Of a DNA stretch of 64,000 nt, positions 1 through 11,610 are shown piece by piece. Origin of the DNA: Gracilinanus agilis (taxonomy: Eukaryota); the NCBI RefSeq assembly GCF_016433145.1, contig NC_058130.1:115311873-115375872 (forward strand), in the 5' to 3' direction. The notes under the pieces are model-generated. The model searched no databases. It had not been told where the DNA came from and was given only the letters and a program-made list of their open reading frames with translations. How positions within the stretch are numbered: position 1 is the first letter of the stretch; the number at the start of each line of letters is the position of its first letter. The translations under genes and the position numbers were made by a program.

Positions 1-57
1 TAGGACCTCCCATCTCTAGGCCTGGCTCTCAATCCACTGAGCTACCCAGCTGCCCCC
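1..57 (-). mobile_element. SINE1_Mdo-type tRNA/CORE SINE, 5' end (continues left of window), inserted into an hAT MITE
   Basis: Reverse complement reads GGGGGCAGCTGGGTAGCTCAGTGGATTGAGAGCCAGGCCTAGAGATGGGAGGTCCTA, the same head as the full copies at 31924, 51826 and 54355. Confidence 0.9.
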
Positions 58-243
58 TCCCTTCTGTCTCTTTATAGAGGCCTGAAGACATTTTTCACAT
101 GGCCTACCCCTCTGCCCAGCAGCCCAATGGGAGTACTTCTTCCCTCTGCTGTCTGAGGTAAGGCAGGGGGGCTCACATGTGGCATGAGGGTCACTTGTAT
201 GGGCACTTGGTCTCTAAGGTCTCTAAAAGGTTCACCATCACTG
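58..243 (-). mobile_element. hAT MITE (hAT1-like TIR), partial copy
   Basis: Ends in AAAAGGTTCACCATCACTG (rc CAGTGATGGTGAACCTTTT) followed by TCCTAGAG. Internal sequence aligns by eye to the copies at 2938 and 50739. Sits in an L2 3' end. Confidence 0.85.
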
Positions 244-312
244 TCCTAGAGTATATCACAGTGCATTGCACATAGTAGGTCTTTAATACATGGCTGTTAA
301 ATTGTTAAATTG
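244..312 (+). mobile_element. L2 LINE 3' terminal relic
   Basis: CACAGTGCATTGCACATAGTAGGTCTTTAATACATG resembles the L2 3' end (CACAGTGCCTGGCACATAGTAGGCGCTCAATAAATG). Confidence 0.6.
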
Positions 313-329
313 AATTTATGTAGTATATT

Positions 330-535
330 ACAGCTTCCAAAGCAGTTTATATCCCTTTATCTTATTTGATCTTTATACCTTTCTGAGGTAGGTAGAGAAG
401 AGCAGGGATTACTATTTCTCCTTCCTAAATAATAGAATGGGGCCTCAGAAAGGTTATATAATTTGACCAACATTGAACAGCTGAGAGATGACCAAGCAGG
501 TGAAAGAACCCAAGTGATCTAATTCCAAGTCTGGT
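330..535 (-). mobile_element. MIR (CORE-SINE) relic
   Basis: Degenerate reverse-complement CORE motifs (CTGAGGTAGG...ATTACTATT...GGGGCCTCAGAAAGGTTATATAATTTGACCAA). Confidence 0.55.
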
Positions 536-1407
536 GTTATTTTTTGTTACAACATTCTTCTCGCATCTTTTTTTTTCTTATCCTATGAAGGAGAAGAGTA
601 GTAACTGAAGTTTTTAATCTTCCCTTTGAGTATACAAGAATAAATACAATTTGCATGTTGCTTAACCCAAAGGCACAAATATGTATCTCTGCATGTGTTA
701 ATGTGTGCAGAGACATGCTATGTGTGTATAAGCAGAGAGGAGAGCAGCCAGAACTGATAGCTGAAAATTCATATATGCTTAGAATACATAAAGTGTATAG
801 TTTCTTTAGAATGGTTTGTAAGAAGCCAGAGATTTTCAAACACTGCATGGCATTTTCATTGACTCTGGCCTGGTCATTGAAAGTGTTATTGTGTAATGAC
901 ACTGCCCTAATTCAAGTCCCATACGACATGACAGTGTCCCTTTTAATTTCCAAGTTTGACCCCATTTCCACCCTTGCCCCCTTTTATGTGTAGCAGAGGA
1001 AAGTGTAATTCAGTTGTGTATCATATGATGACAACTTTGACTCCATGTCCTTGGAATCTTGCCTAGAGAGTGGTTGAGGGAGTGACATTAGATTATGCAT
1101 GCACTTCTGCTACTCTTGCTGCGATGAGTGGGAGGCAGGAAAGATCAGGTCAATGTAAAAGCTCTTTTGCAACCAAATTCCCCGATATGGCATTGTCCTA
1201 AGTGGCCAGAGCCCTGTTCCTCAATAATCAAATTTGCTGTCGTCTGTTATTTAAAATGGAAGATCAGGACTAAATTAATAGCGAAAACCACTTAGCTCTC
1301 CTGACAGATACAAGACTGAGTGCAAAGAGAGGGTCGTCTTTTTTTTTTTCCCCCTGAGAATGCTCTTCTTGGAGTGTGCTTCACTTATTCACTTAGCATA
1401 ATCCTAA

Positions 1408-1410
<3 letters not shown>

Positions 1411-1441
<31 letters not shown>
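1411..1441. repeat. (TG)15 microsatellite
   Basis: Pure TG run read directly. Confidence 0.98.
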
Positions 1442-1444
<3 letters not shown>

Positions 1445-2349
1445 TCTTCAGAAAGGCTGAATTGTATAACAGAAAGATACAGTGTTTGGGAAATAGGAGT
1501 CAGGGAAGAAGTTGAGAAGATATTAAGATAATTGAAACCATTAGAAAGGCAAAAAGAATGGTGTTATGGTCTGGGCCTGATGTAGGAAAATTCTCCAGTG
1601 ATCTAAACCTGAAAACAAAATGAGACCTTTAGAGATCATTCAACAATGACAATAAAAGCAACTTTACTCAGTTATAGTAGAGGATAAGCAGTCAACAAGG
1701 ATATTTAGAGAAGATACCACCTTGATGAAACCAAGCACAACTTCCCAATTTAGTCAAGCTATGCATCCATGATCAAAAGCCTCAGCAAGATCACAGGAGT
1801 TCCTTGTTGCCTTTTCAACTAAGGTGATCTAAAAGTAATAAACAACTTGAACTGGTCCCCTCAGTCAATCAAGCCCTAGGAAGTATCTCAATACTTCTTA
1901 AGGAAAGGCTGACCCTGAATCTGCATGAGATCAGGTTTTAAGAAAAGCTAGTCTCACTTACTTGGCGAAACTCTAGTAAATATTACTCTTACCATTGATG
2001 CAATTACCATCAATGAGAAGTAGAATGAATCTCTCTTTTTCTTCCTCATTTAGATATAGTATGGCAGTCTACCAGTTTTCTTCTCTAACTGCTTATTATA
2101 TTTCTACCTGTTATTTTCTATTTCATCAGCTACATTCTAAGCACATTGGCATACAGAGGCATAAACTAATAAAACAGTGCCTCTATTCATACAGCCCTAG
2201 GGTCATAGGACTTAAAGTTGAAAGGGATCTTTAGAGATCATCCAGTACAATTCCCTCAAAAAAAAAAAGTTTTATTGTTAAGGTTTTTTTTTAATTGTCA
2301 CAATAGTTTCTATAAATTCTTTCCCTTCCTCCCTTCTTTAAAATGAAAT

Positions 2350-2535
2350 TATTTTTAAATGATATTTTATTTTTCCTCAATTACATGGAAAAATGATTTT
2401 TGCATTTTAAAAAATTGAGTTCTAAACTCTTTTTCCCCTTTCACTCTTCCTTCTCTCTTTCCTCCCTGAGATAGTAGACAGTCTGATATAGATTTTACAT
2501 GTGGAGTCATGTAAAACATTTTGCCATGTTAGTTA
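2350..2535 (-). mobile_element. Old marsupial L1 3' UTR terminal fragment
   Basis: TTTTATTTTTTCCTCAATTACATG...AAAATTGAGTTCTAAA...CCTCCCTGAGATAGTAGACAGTCTGATATAG is the reverse complement of a typical marsupial L1 3' end; similar to 4860-4985 on the other strand. Confidence 0.7.
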
Positions 2536-2937
2536 AAATTAGTTAAAAGTTAAAAGGAATTATTTTAATAGAGAATAACAGTTAAGTAAAACTCACTAAA
2601 AATCATTACAATATCTGACTATATATCCAACATTTTTCATTAGTCATTGCACCCCCTCTGCCTTGAGGAAGGAGGTATGTTTTATTATCTCTTCCAACTC
2701 CTCATTATACAGATATTGAAACTGAAGACTAGTGAGGGGAAATGATAGATTAGAGATTGAAATCCAAGTCCTCTGACTCAAAATCCAGTTTTCTTCCTAT
2801 GCTGCCTTGAATGTCCACATAATGAGCTATTATCTCTCTTAGTTCTGGAAACTTGTCTCTTTTCCCCATTGTGGAAAGGCAATTTGCACCAATCAATCAA
2901 TCAGTAGGCAAGAGTAGCACCAGACATTGTTCTAGGC

Positions 2938-3260
2938 CAGTGAGGGCAAACCTTTTAGAGACCATCTGCCATGCCCCCAGAGACCATGTGCCATGCCCTG
3001 CGCCCTGGACCCTGTGCCACACAGCCACCCCTAACCTTACCCCAGATGGGGAGGAAACACTCCCATTGGGCTGCTGGGCAGAGGCGCAGATGAAGTGAAA
3101 ACAAAAATGTCCTCAGTGAGGTGGAGAGGGGGAGGGAGCAGCTTCCCCAGTCCCTTTGCCTCTCTAATAATGAACTCTGGCAGGTGATACAGATCACATG
3201 CCTGAGGAGAAGGCTCTGTGTGCCCTTTTTGGCACACATATCACAGGTTCACCATAATGT
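2938..3260 (+). mobile_element. hAT MITE (hAT1-like), full copy with TSD, inserted in an L2 relic
   Basis: Left TIR CAGTGAGGGCAAACC, degenerate right TIR GGTTCACCATAATG. TSD TTCTAGGC (2930-2937) / TTCTAGGT (3261-3268). The flanks join into an L2 3' end. Confidence 0.85.
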
Positions 3261-4084
3261 TTCTAGGTTCTGGAGACATAAAGAAACACAGTGAAACTAT
3301 CCCTACCCTCAAGGAGCTTACATTTTACCTTCTGAGACAATATAGCTCTATTCCTGTCTCTAACTCTACCTCTATCTTTCTATCTCCATTTCTGTCTCTA
3401 TCCTATAGCTACACAAGCCTTCTGGTTTTCCTGGTTCCTCCCCACATGCAGGAATGGTCAAAGACATCCTACTTCCTTTCTTTTCTTCCCCATCAACTGA
3501 AAATGATTAGTTATGACTTTGAGAAGTACACACAAGTACCAGATATTCTTGGATAGTATCATCAGTCTGAGAGTTCTAAAAGGACTTTGGGTCCTTATCC
3601 CTATTCTCAAGAGCTTTGGGTAGCCTTTGGTTTGTGAATCTTACCCAGTCCAAGGAATAGAAGGAACTAATAGGTTTACGAAATCAACTAAATAAATACA
3701 ATATATGTGAGAGGAGGGGAGAGAAGAAGCTCAAGTACTCCAATCCAAACATTGTGCATGTTTAGTTAATTTCAAAGGCTTCTCTATTTCTTCCATTCCT
3801 TGTGATGAAGTTGGAAGAACCCTGGACTTTAATTCAGGAGACATGGGCTTGGCTTTTGTCTCTAACACTTACTAGGTACATAATTTTGTACAAGGTACTC
3901 TAAGCTCTATACCTCTTTCTTTTTCTTTACAATGACTGAGTGAATCTATGTGGCTGTTAAAGTCCCCTCTGTTTTTAAAACAATTTGGTCCTCTTATATA
4001 ACCTTTGAGAAACAAGAGTCACTTCCAAGATGGAAGGCATCAAAGTAGGGCTTTACTGAAATAAAATTTACTAATTTTTAAGAT

Positions 4085-4985
4085 AAATTGTTTAAAAAAA
4101 CATTGGGTCAATATAGTCATATAAAAATGCCCTAAACCACAACTGATGAGAGAAATGAAAATTAAAACAACCCTGAAGTACCACTTCGCACCTATCAGAT
4201 TGACTAATATGACAGAAAAGAAAAATGACAAATGTTGGAGGAGATTGGGAAAATTGGGACACCAATTCCCTATTCTTAGAGATATGAACTGATCCAACCC
4301 TTTTGGAAAGCAATTTGAACTATGACCAAAGAGCTATAAAATTGTATATACTCTTTGATTCAGCAATGCCACTACTAAGTCTATATCCCAAATACATATT
4401 TTAAAAAGGAAAAGGACCTATTTGGACAAAAATATTCATAAGCAACTCTTTTTGTGGCGGCAAAGAATTGGAAATTTAGAGGATGTACATCAATTAGAGA
4501 GCAAGTTGTGGTATATATTTGTAATGGAACACTATTTTATCATAAGAAATGACAGGGAAGATGATTTCAGAAAAACCTAGAAAGACTTACATGAACTGAT
4601 ACAAAGTGAAGTGAGAAGAACCAGGAGGCTCTTGTACATAGTAGCAGTAATACTGTATGATGATCTATTGTGAAAGACTTATTCTCAGTAACACCATGTT
4701 CCAAGACAATTCTGAATACTTCATGATGAAAAGTGCTGCCTACATCCAGAGAAAGAACTGATGGAATCTGAATCCAAGCATGCCATTGTGTTTTGTTGTT
4801 GTTGTTATGTGTCTTCTTCCATTGCATGGCTAACATGGAAATATGTTTTGCATGATTGCGCATGTATAACCCATATCAATTTGCTTACTGTCTTAAAGTG
4901 GCAGAGAATTAGAAATTCAACATTTTAGAAAACAAATGTTAAAAATTGTATTTATTTGTAATTGGCATAAAATAAAATATTATTG
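4085..4985 (+). mobile_element. Old marsupial L1, 3' part of ORF2 plus 3' UTR
   Basis: GAGAGAAATGAAAATTAAAACAACCCTGAAGTACCACTTCGCACC encodes an REMKIKTTLKYH motif matching the L1 ORF2 C-terminus; ends in AAATAAAATATTATT. Confidence 0.85.
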
Positions 4986-5007
4986 AAACAATGAATCAAG
5001 ATACATG

Positions 5008-5239
5008 CAGGGCTGTGCTAGAGCCAGCTTGAACTGGCTTGTGAAAGCCAATTGTTGGATTTTCAGTGTGAGCACTTATACCTTTGAAATTAGTGAATAA
5101 TACAAATCAATACTTTATATTTTTGTTTTGCTGATTGTCTAGACTTAAGAAAACATAGATAATACAGATTAAATTAAAATTGGGTCCTGTGTACACTTTT
5201 TTGAGACTTGATTATAAAATATTTACTATCATATCCCTG
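5008..5239 (+). mobile_element. hAT-Tip100-like MITE
   Basis: Termini CAGGGCTGTGCTAGAGCCAGC ... AAATATTTACTATCATATCCCTG. 8-bp TSD GATACATG / GATAAATG. Related copy in opposite orientation at 51773. Confidence 0.75.
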
Positions 5240-5849
5240 GATAAATGGTACATTCTGGTGAAAAGGAAGGACTAATTATGGGAAAGGAAATAAATTAAAG
5301 AAGCAAAGGAAACAGCTGGTTCATTTCCACTTTGTGACATTGTATTCAAAGGAGTTTGATCAGCATGTTAGAGGGAACAAATCTAATCCTAATTTCAAAT
5401 TGAAGGCTCTTTTTGTGAATTAATATTCAGTGTTATTCTTCCCTGCTTGTAGCACATGTAATATTTTCACAGTCTGAATTCTTTTGTAAAAGGCTTAAGA
5501 CTACATAGAAAAAAGACAAAGCAATAAATCTGAAGTCTAAATCTAACACAGGAAGCCAGGAGCAATCCTACAAAGAACCACATCCTTTGGTCCTGGCATG
5601 CTCTGAAAAACCAAGTTTGAAAACCCTATTTTTCCCTAGGAACTGTCAGAGAAAGTAAAAATTCTACCATTAAACCATTTCATAATTTGTTCCCACTGAG
5701 CATAACTACACGGTGTTCTTCATCTCAGGTCAGTATAGAAAAGAAGCTGCTCTGTAGCATTATAAGATGATTTCTTTAATTTACCAAGCACTTAGCCTAT
5801 AATGTGCAAGGCGCTGCACTTGGTGCTGGGAATACAATTGGAAAAACAA

Positions 5850-5985
5850 TAGTGATAACTAGAATTTATCTACATTTGAACGATTGCTGAGTGCTTTACC
5901 TGTATCACCTCAGATCCTCAAAATAACTCTGTAGGGTGCTATTATTGCTCCCATTTTACAGATGAGAAAACAGAGGAAAGTGAAA
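5850..5985 (-). mobile_element. MIR relic
   Basis: GTGCTATTATTGCTCCCATTTTACAGATGAGAAAAC is the CORE motif on the reverse strand. Confidence 0.7.
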
Positions 5986-6504
5986 TAATTCTTGTCCTCA
6001 TGGAGCTTATATTCTTCTGAGGAGATACAACATATTCATAAATAAGTAAATAGAATGTAGATACAAAGTAATACAAGGTAATTTCTAGAGGGAGAAAATA
6101 ACAACTAGGTAATCAATAAAAACTTCTCTAAATAAGGCATGAGATGAGCTTTAAGGCATTCTATGACATGAAGGAGAGGCGATTATTGATCTCTTTACTT
6201 ATACTGGTTGTTAAAGAAAACAGTGCTTCTCAAGAGATACTTATTGAAGTACATGCACCTGATGAGTATTCACCTGGGATGGGGGGTCATGATCCCTTTG
6301 CCCCTGTTTTTGAGAGCAACACATAAATTATCTTCTGTCTCCTGATGATAAACCAGTAAGTGGTTAGAATTACTTGCAGCTTGCTTTCTGGGCAGAAACC
6401 AGAACTGTAGATATCATTGTAGCCTTTCTCCCAGACAAGATGCCAGCCCAAAGGAGTGCTTCCTCACTTGACCACTACACCAGCCCCAGAGAAAGGATCA
6501 CAAG

Positions 6505-6615
6505 AGCTAGGAAGGGACTTCAGAGGCCATCTACTTCAACCTCCCCACCCTCATTTTACTAATGAGGAAACTGAGACCCAGGGAGCTTATGTGACTTTCC
6601 TAAGGTCACCAGGTA
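6505..6615 (-). mobile_element. MIR3/Ther2-type SINE relic
   Basis: GAGCTAGGAAGGGACTTCAGAGGCCATCT...CCCTCATTTTACTAATGAGGAAACTGAGACCCAG. Confidence 0.7.
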
Positions 6616-6624
6616 GTGTCAGAG

Positions 6625-6925
6625 GTCAATCAGTCCGTAAGCATTTCTTAAATGCTTACCAAATGTCAGGTACTGTAGGAAGGGCTGGGAATACAAAGAA
6701 AGGCAAAATCCCAGTCCCTGCCCTCAAGGAGCCTACATTCTAATGATGAGACAACTTGAAAATAGGTATGTACATACTAAGTATATGCAATGTAAATGGA
6801 AAGCAATCTCAAAGGGAAGGACCTAGCTACTGTGGGGACCAAGAAGAACCTCCCATAGAAAGGCAACATTTGAATTTAGAAGAAAGACTCTGAAGCTAAG
6901 AGCTAAAGGTGAGCGAGGAGAGCAT
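6625..6925 (-). mobile_element. L2 3' region relic
   Basis: AAGCATTTCTTAAATGCTTAC...CCCAGTCCCTGCCCTCAAGGAGCCTACATTCTAATG is the rc of the L2 3' end. Confidence 0.75.
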
Positions 6926-7856
6926 TGACCCCAAATGCTAGGGAACTTTCTCATGTTTTACTAACACTGAGCATGTGGCTTGTCCATTGTTTATCCCTCA
7001 GATCATCCCATGATTTTTCTAGTCAGACATTTCTCTGATAGCAGTCCTTTATGCCTCTTCTGAATCATTCTTGGTAACAAGTTGCATCTGCTCACACCCA
7101 CTATGCTCCTCCTCTTCACTGGCCTCCTCTTCAATTTTTCAGAGACTTTAGTATTTCATGACTCATAGGCATATAGCATTGCTCTAAGAATGTTGGTGTT
7201 AAAAAAGATGTAACATATGTATTTTAATATATTTGTTAAAATAAAATCTCTCTTTTTTTATACATCACCATCACGAACTTGCAAGTGGAGGAAGTTAGTG
7301 CCAATTTATTGAATTGGTTAGTGATAATTCTAGGTTTTTCATTGGGAATAACAGCCAACAAAAGAGAAATGCCTTTGAAAGGTGACTTTAAGACCTTTTG
7401 TAAACCTTGAAGCACCATAGAAATGTAAGTTATTATTACTAATGGCAATACTTAAAGAATCTATGATTTCAGTAATGTGGACATGTTCTCCCTTAAACCT
7501 GATTGCAGCCTTTCCATGCCTCAATAGATGAAACTGAGGAGTTGCTATGACTGGAAGTTTCATTGTTAGATAGCCAATCTACTGATGATTATCTCCAAAT
7601 CTGAGGAATGTTTGTCCTTGAATAATAAATAGGAAAGTCATAATAAAGCCTGCACTCAGTCTTTTGATCTTGAGAGAATCTGTAAGAGTTTGCTACTCAG
7701 CTGACCCAGCCCTTGAGAACCCCCAAATTATGACTAACAGAGTTCTTGACACATAGTAAATGCTTTTAAATATGTTTTCTTTCATTTTTTCACCTTTAAC
7801 TCATCATGACCAACACCACCATTATCTTCCTCCTTGAGAGTAAGGATTCTTTCTTT

Positions 7857-8332
7857 TGTAGAAAGTTGGTTTTTGACCAACTTGTCCAGCCCAGAAAGTC
7901 CAAACTCTAATCACAGAAAGTAAGGGACTGATAATAAGGTGTTAAATTAACTGTAAAATATGCAGTCATGCCCAGTGATCTCTTTATAAAGTGTGAACAA
8001 GTTCCTTTATTAAATTAGAGATGGAGCCTGGCCATCCATTGGTTAACTGATGATTGACCACACCCTTGGGTGGTCCATAAAAAGAGTTAGAAGTCAGAAA
8101 TTGAGAAGGAACTTGGCTCCCATTGGAGCTGGAAGAGTGGAAAATTTAAGAAGCTACTTGGAACTTAAAAAATTGAAGGACTAATATAGGCAGCTACTAT
8201 GTAGAATGGATACCAGACTCCATGAAAGAAGGTATATAGGTCAGTCAGGCACAAGGTATTTGGGGATTGTCCCCATCTTTAATTTAAATTCCCCCCAAGA
8301 GGTAATTCTGTATAATTATTTTTTTCTATACA
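7857..8332 (+). mobile_element. Probable solo LTR interrupting an L2 3' relic
   Basis: TG...CA termini (TGTAGAAAG...TATACA). Internal CATTGG, CCACACCC and CATAAAA boxes. The flanks (CTTGAGAGTAAGGATTCT... / TATATTCACAGCATCTCGTACAGTGACTGG) join into a continuous L2 end. No clean TSD. Confidence 0.55.
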
Positions 8333-8655
8333 TTTGGGTTTATATTCACAGCATCTCGTACAGTGACTGGAACCTAATATCTACTTAATCAATGCATGTT
8401 TATTTTTGTTTGACCTACAACAACATAAACATTATTGTTTTTTAATCTGTGACATGGATAACTGAAGACAAAAGTTAACATTTTGAGCAACGAAATCTTC
8501 ATAACTGTTTTGAAAACATGAACGTGGGAGATACTTGCACTACAAAAAAGAGGCATACTTTCTCATAAGATTGAAACTAGAAATATTATTTATTATAAAT
8601 AGTATTGTTTGAGGTTTTGATAGCCTTGAAAGAAACTTGGGAAGACTTGCATTAC

Positions 8656-8752
8656 CTGATTCTGAGTGCAATTAACAGAACCAGGAGGATGATTCCCACA
8701 AAGGAGAACAACAGTAATACAAAGAAAGTCAACGTTGAATGACCTTGGAGAT
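8656..8752 (-). CDS. Candidate internal exon encoding a single transmembrane helix: (x)LQGHSTLTFFVLLLFSFVGIILLVLLIALRI(R/S); host gene unidentified
   Basis: Minus strand: acceptor TTGTTGTTTTCTGCTTTGATCAG|, donor CAG|GTAATG. 97 nt, phase 1 in and phase 2 out. 22 hydrophobic or small residues followed by Arg-Ile-Arg/Ser. In-frame stops lie just outside both splice sites. Confidence 0.6.
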
Positions 8753-10554
8753 CTGATCAAAGCAGAAAACAACAATGTTTTCTAAAGACTGTTGATAGAT
8801 ATATAAATGTGTGTATTTGCTCTCCTTCATGAGAGGAAGAATAGTGGGAAAAATGAGGAGGAAAATTAATGCTTCTATCTTTATTGACTCTAAAAATGAT
8901 TTTAGGTGGTTCTCCTCTAATAAACATTCTATACCTTCATGGCAGAGGCTCTGTGACTATGTTTCATAATCCACAGGCTCTTTCTTCAGAAGAACATAGA
9001 GCTGCAGGAATCAGCAGTTTTTCCATAAAGCCATTGTTGAAAATGGCCTCCCAGTTCCCTGGACCTCTTTCCAGACTGGCAAGGAACCTTGGCTTTTGCC
9101 TGCTTATTTTCCTTAATAACCTCCTTACTCTCTGGGCACTGCCTATGGAAAGTCAGACAGTGAATACAAATCGGATGGGGAGGAATAATGGCCAACTTTC
9201 TGTTGACATCTTAAGTTGTATGCTGGGAAAGAAAGGCAACACTCTGTGCTTTGCTGCTTCCTCCCTTGCTTACTAGCTTCTCCCCCTCCTTTCTTTTCTT
9301 CTTTTTTTTTTTTTTTCTCCAAGAGGCCTACTCATTATCTTCTTGTTTCCTATCACTTTTGGCTTTTACCACTTTGCTGGTGATGAGAACAACTGAACAA
9401 TTATTTGTATGTTAATGATCCACTGAACCCCTGGTAGATAGTAATTAAATATTGTTAAGTGCAGGGTTTCATGACACCTTAAGAGGGCTGTCTGGTGAAA
9501 AGATCTGTGAATAATACTGTCCTGTAGTGTTTCTTACCTGTCCTCTGTTCTTCTGGTTTCAAATCGGTTGACTAGCCCTGGATTTCAAGATCAGGTGAAT
9601 GTGGGGAAAGTGAAGGCTGTTAAGTTGGCAGGATTTTTCTCTAAAGAAATTTTCTTCTTCCCTGTAATGGGGAACTCTCATCCAGTGAGAGTTAGGCACT
9701 GATTTGATGGGAAGGAGCCCTGGGAGTGGTCTCACTGATAGTCCAAGACCATCCTTCTCTGTCCTCTGAGGGCGCTCCCCTCCATTCTGCCTTTTTCTTC
9801 CCATTTCCCCAAGTGACCTTATTATATTACAATAAGTTGGTGCTTTCCTATTTGCCTGTTCTGATTTGTATGAATTTTGTAAAAGGCACATCTATGCAGA
9901 AGCCTTGAAACTATATAAAATTGTTATCATAATGCAGTAAGAAGTTGGCAGATACAATAGTTATCTCTTCACATTTCACATCAGGGGCCAGTGTTCTTTT
10001 TGCCTTCAGGGTAACAGGGTACAGTATATGAGATCCCATGAGCCTGTTCACAGCACTACTATTTTATAGCACATTGGTCCTGAAGAATAGAGAAACCTCT
10101 CCATGAGATAAACCAAATTATCCTGGAACTCAACGCCCTACTTGTGTTTTAAGATCCCATTAATGATCCTTCTGTCAATCACATTAACCCTTTCAGGCCA
10201 CTGCAGTCCAGTTCTGCAAATTACAAAGACAATGATCCAAATCAAACGGCTGGCAACTGAAAAGGTGAATGTACCTTCTAAACATCGCCACTCTTGTAGT
10301 CAGAAGACAATTGCTCTGATTCAATTCAGTAAACTTTAATTAAGCACCTGTAATGGACAAATCTCTATTCTGGGTGCTAGGGATACAAAATGGAAAAAGA
10401 CACAGTTCTTGCCCAGGGAATTTACATTTTAGTGGTATATTGTGATTAGCATCAAATGAGAGACTAAGCTTATTTGGGAGACTATGGCTTTGAACATTTC
10501 AGTTTGCCTGAAACAGGTAGCAAGCACAAAAGAGGAATGGGGAACATTAGCATT

Positions 10555-10665
10555 TATAGTACTTTAATAATAATAATATTAGCATTTATAATACTTTAAG
10601 GTTTTCAAAACATTTTGCAAATATTAATTCATTTTATCTTCACAATAACTCTGAGAAGTAGGTGC

Positions 10666-10700
<35 letters not shown>

Positions 10701-10840
10701 CCATTCTACAGCAAGGAAACTGAGACAATCAAAGATTAAGTAATTTGTGTGGGGGACCTTGAAATAGCTAGTAATAAGTGTTGGAGGCTGAACTCAGATT
10801 TTCCTGACTCCAAGTCCACTGTTCTGTATACGACCCTCCT
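10555..10840 (-). mobile_element. MIR relic containing an (ATT)n expansion
   Basis: TAAGGTTTTCAAAACATTTTGCAAATATT...CTTCACAATAACTCTGAGAAGTAGGTGCTATTATT...CCCATTCTACAG...GAAACTGAGAC. Confidence 0.75.
10666..10699. repeat. (TAT)11 microsatellite
   Basis: Read directly. Confidence 0.95.
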
Positions 10841-11464
10841 GGTTGCCTACATAAGGCTAGAGAGATAGTTTGCAGCCTGATTGTGGAGAGCTTTAATCTG
10901 TAAGCTTTCCAGTAGGCAATAGGGAGCCAATGAAAGTTTACGAGGAAGAGAGAATCTTACCAAATCTTACAATCCTGAAACTCACTAGGGTATTTATCTA
11001 AAATGGAAAAGGTATTGTCTGAATGGCAGCTGACTGGTCACATGCATAGTCCGAATTAGTGAAACCAGTAATGATGTTTGTAAAAGCAAAAACAGTCCTG
11101 AAACAATATGAGTAGAGACAGAGAACAGCTAGAGAGTTATGAAATTTAATTTAAAAATAATCTCTGGTACAAAGTGACTGCCAAGAAATGAGTTGTGCAG
11201 TATACTGCATGTGACTTTTGGCAGAAGTTTCATGTCATGCTGTGCAGAACAATTAGGCCTGTATTTCTCCAAGCACACAAATGTAATTCCAGCAATAACA
11301 GTCTCACTGAACTCTGTGTACCAAGGCCAGTCTTTATAAATATTTAGATTATCTATACAGTATTTCCATTCCAATACACTTTTATTTTTTTGATGCAGGT
11401 AAAATAGACAGCTTGGATCTCCATCGACCTCCCAAGGAAGCTACTGAAAGAATCAGGTGTTCAT

Positions 11465-11610
11465 AGCATCATAGATTTAGAGAAGAAACGGTCCTCACAG
11501 GTCATTTCTCCAATCATTCATTTTATAGATGAGGAAACTGAGGCTGAGAGTGAAATGATTTATCCATTATCACACAGGTCCTAAGTTCGAATCATTCCAT
11601 CCAGGATTCC
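11465..11610 (-). mobile_element. MIR3-type relic
   Basis: ATCATAGATTTAGAG...TCATTTTATAGATGAGGAAACTGAGGCTGAGAG. Confidence 0.7.

Noticed and set aside
1992-2015. 8-bp inverted repeats (also near 686-713 and 63668-63696)
   Set aside because: Stems too short for a miRNA or MITE; expected by chance in 64 kb.
9538-9910. Possible long mucin-like stalk exon upstream of the TM exon
   Set aside because: The phase-compatible frame has six stops in about 124 codons, as expected for random sequence.
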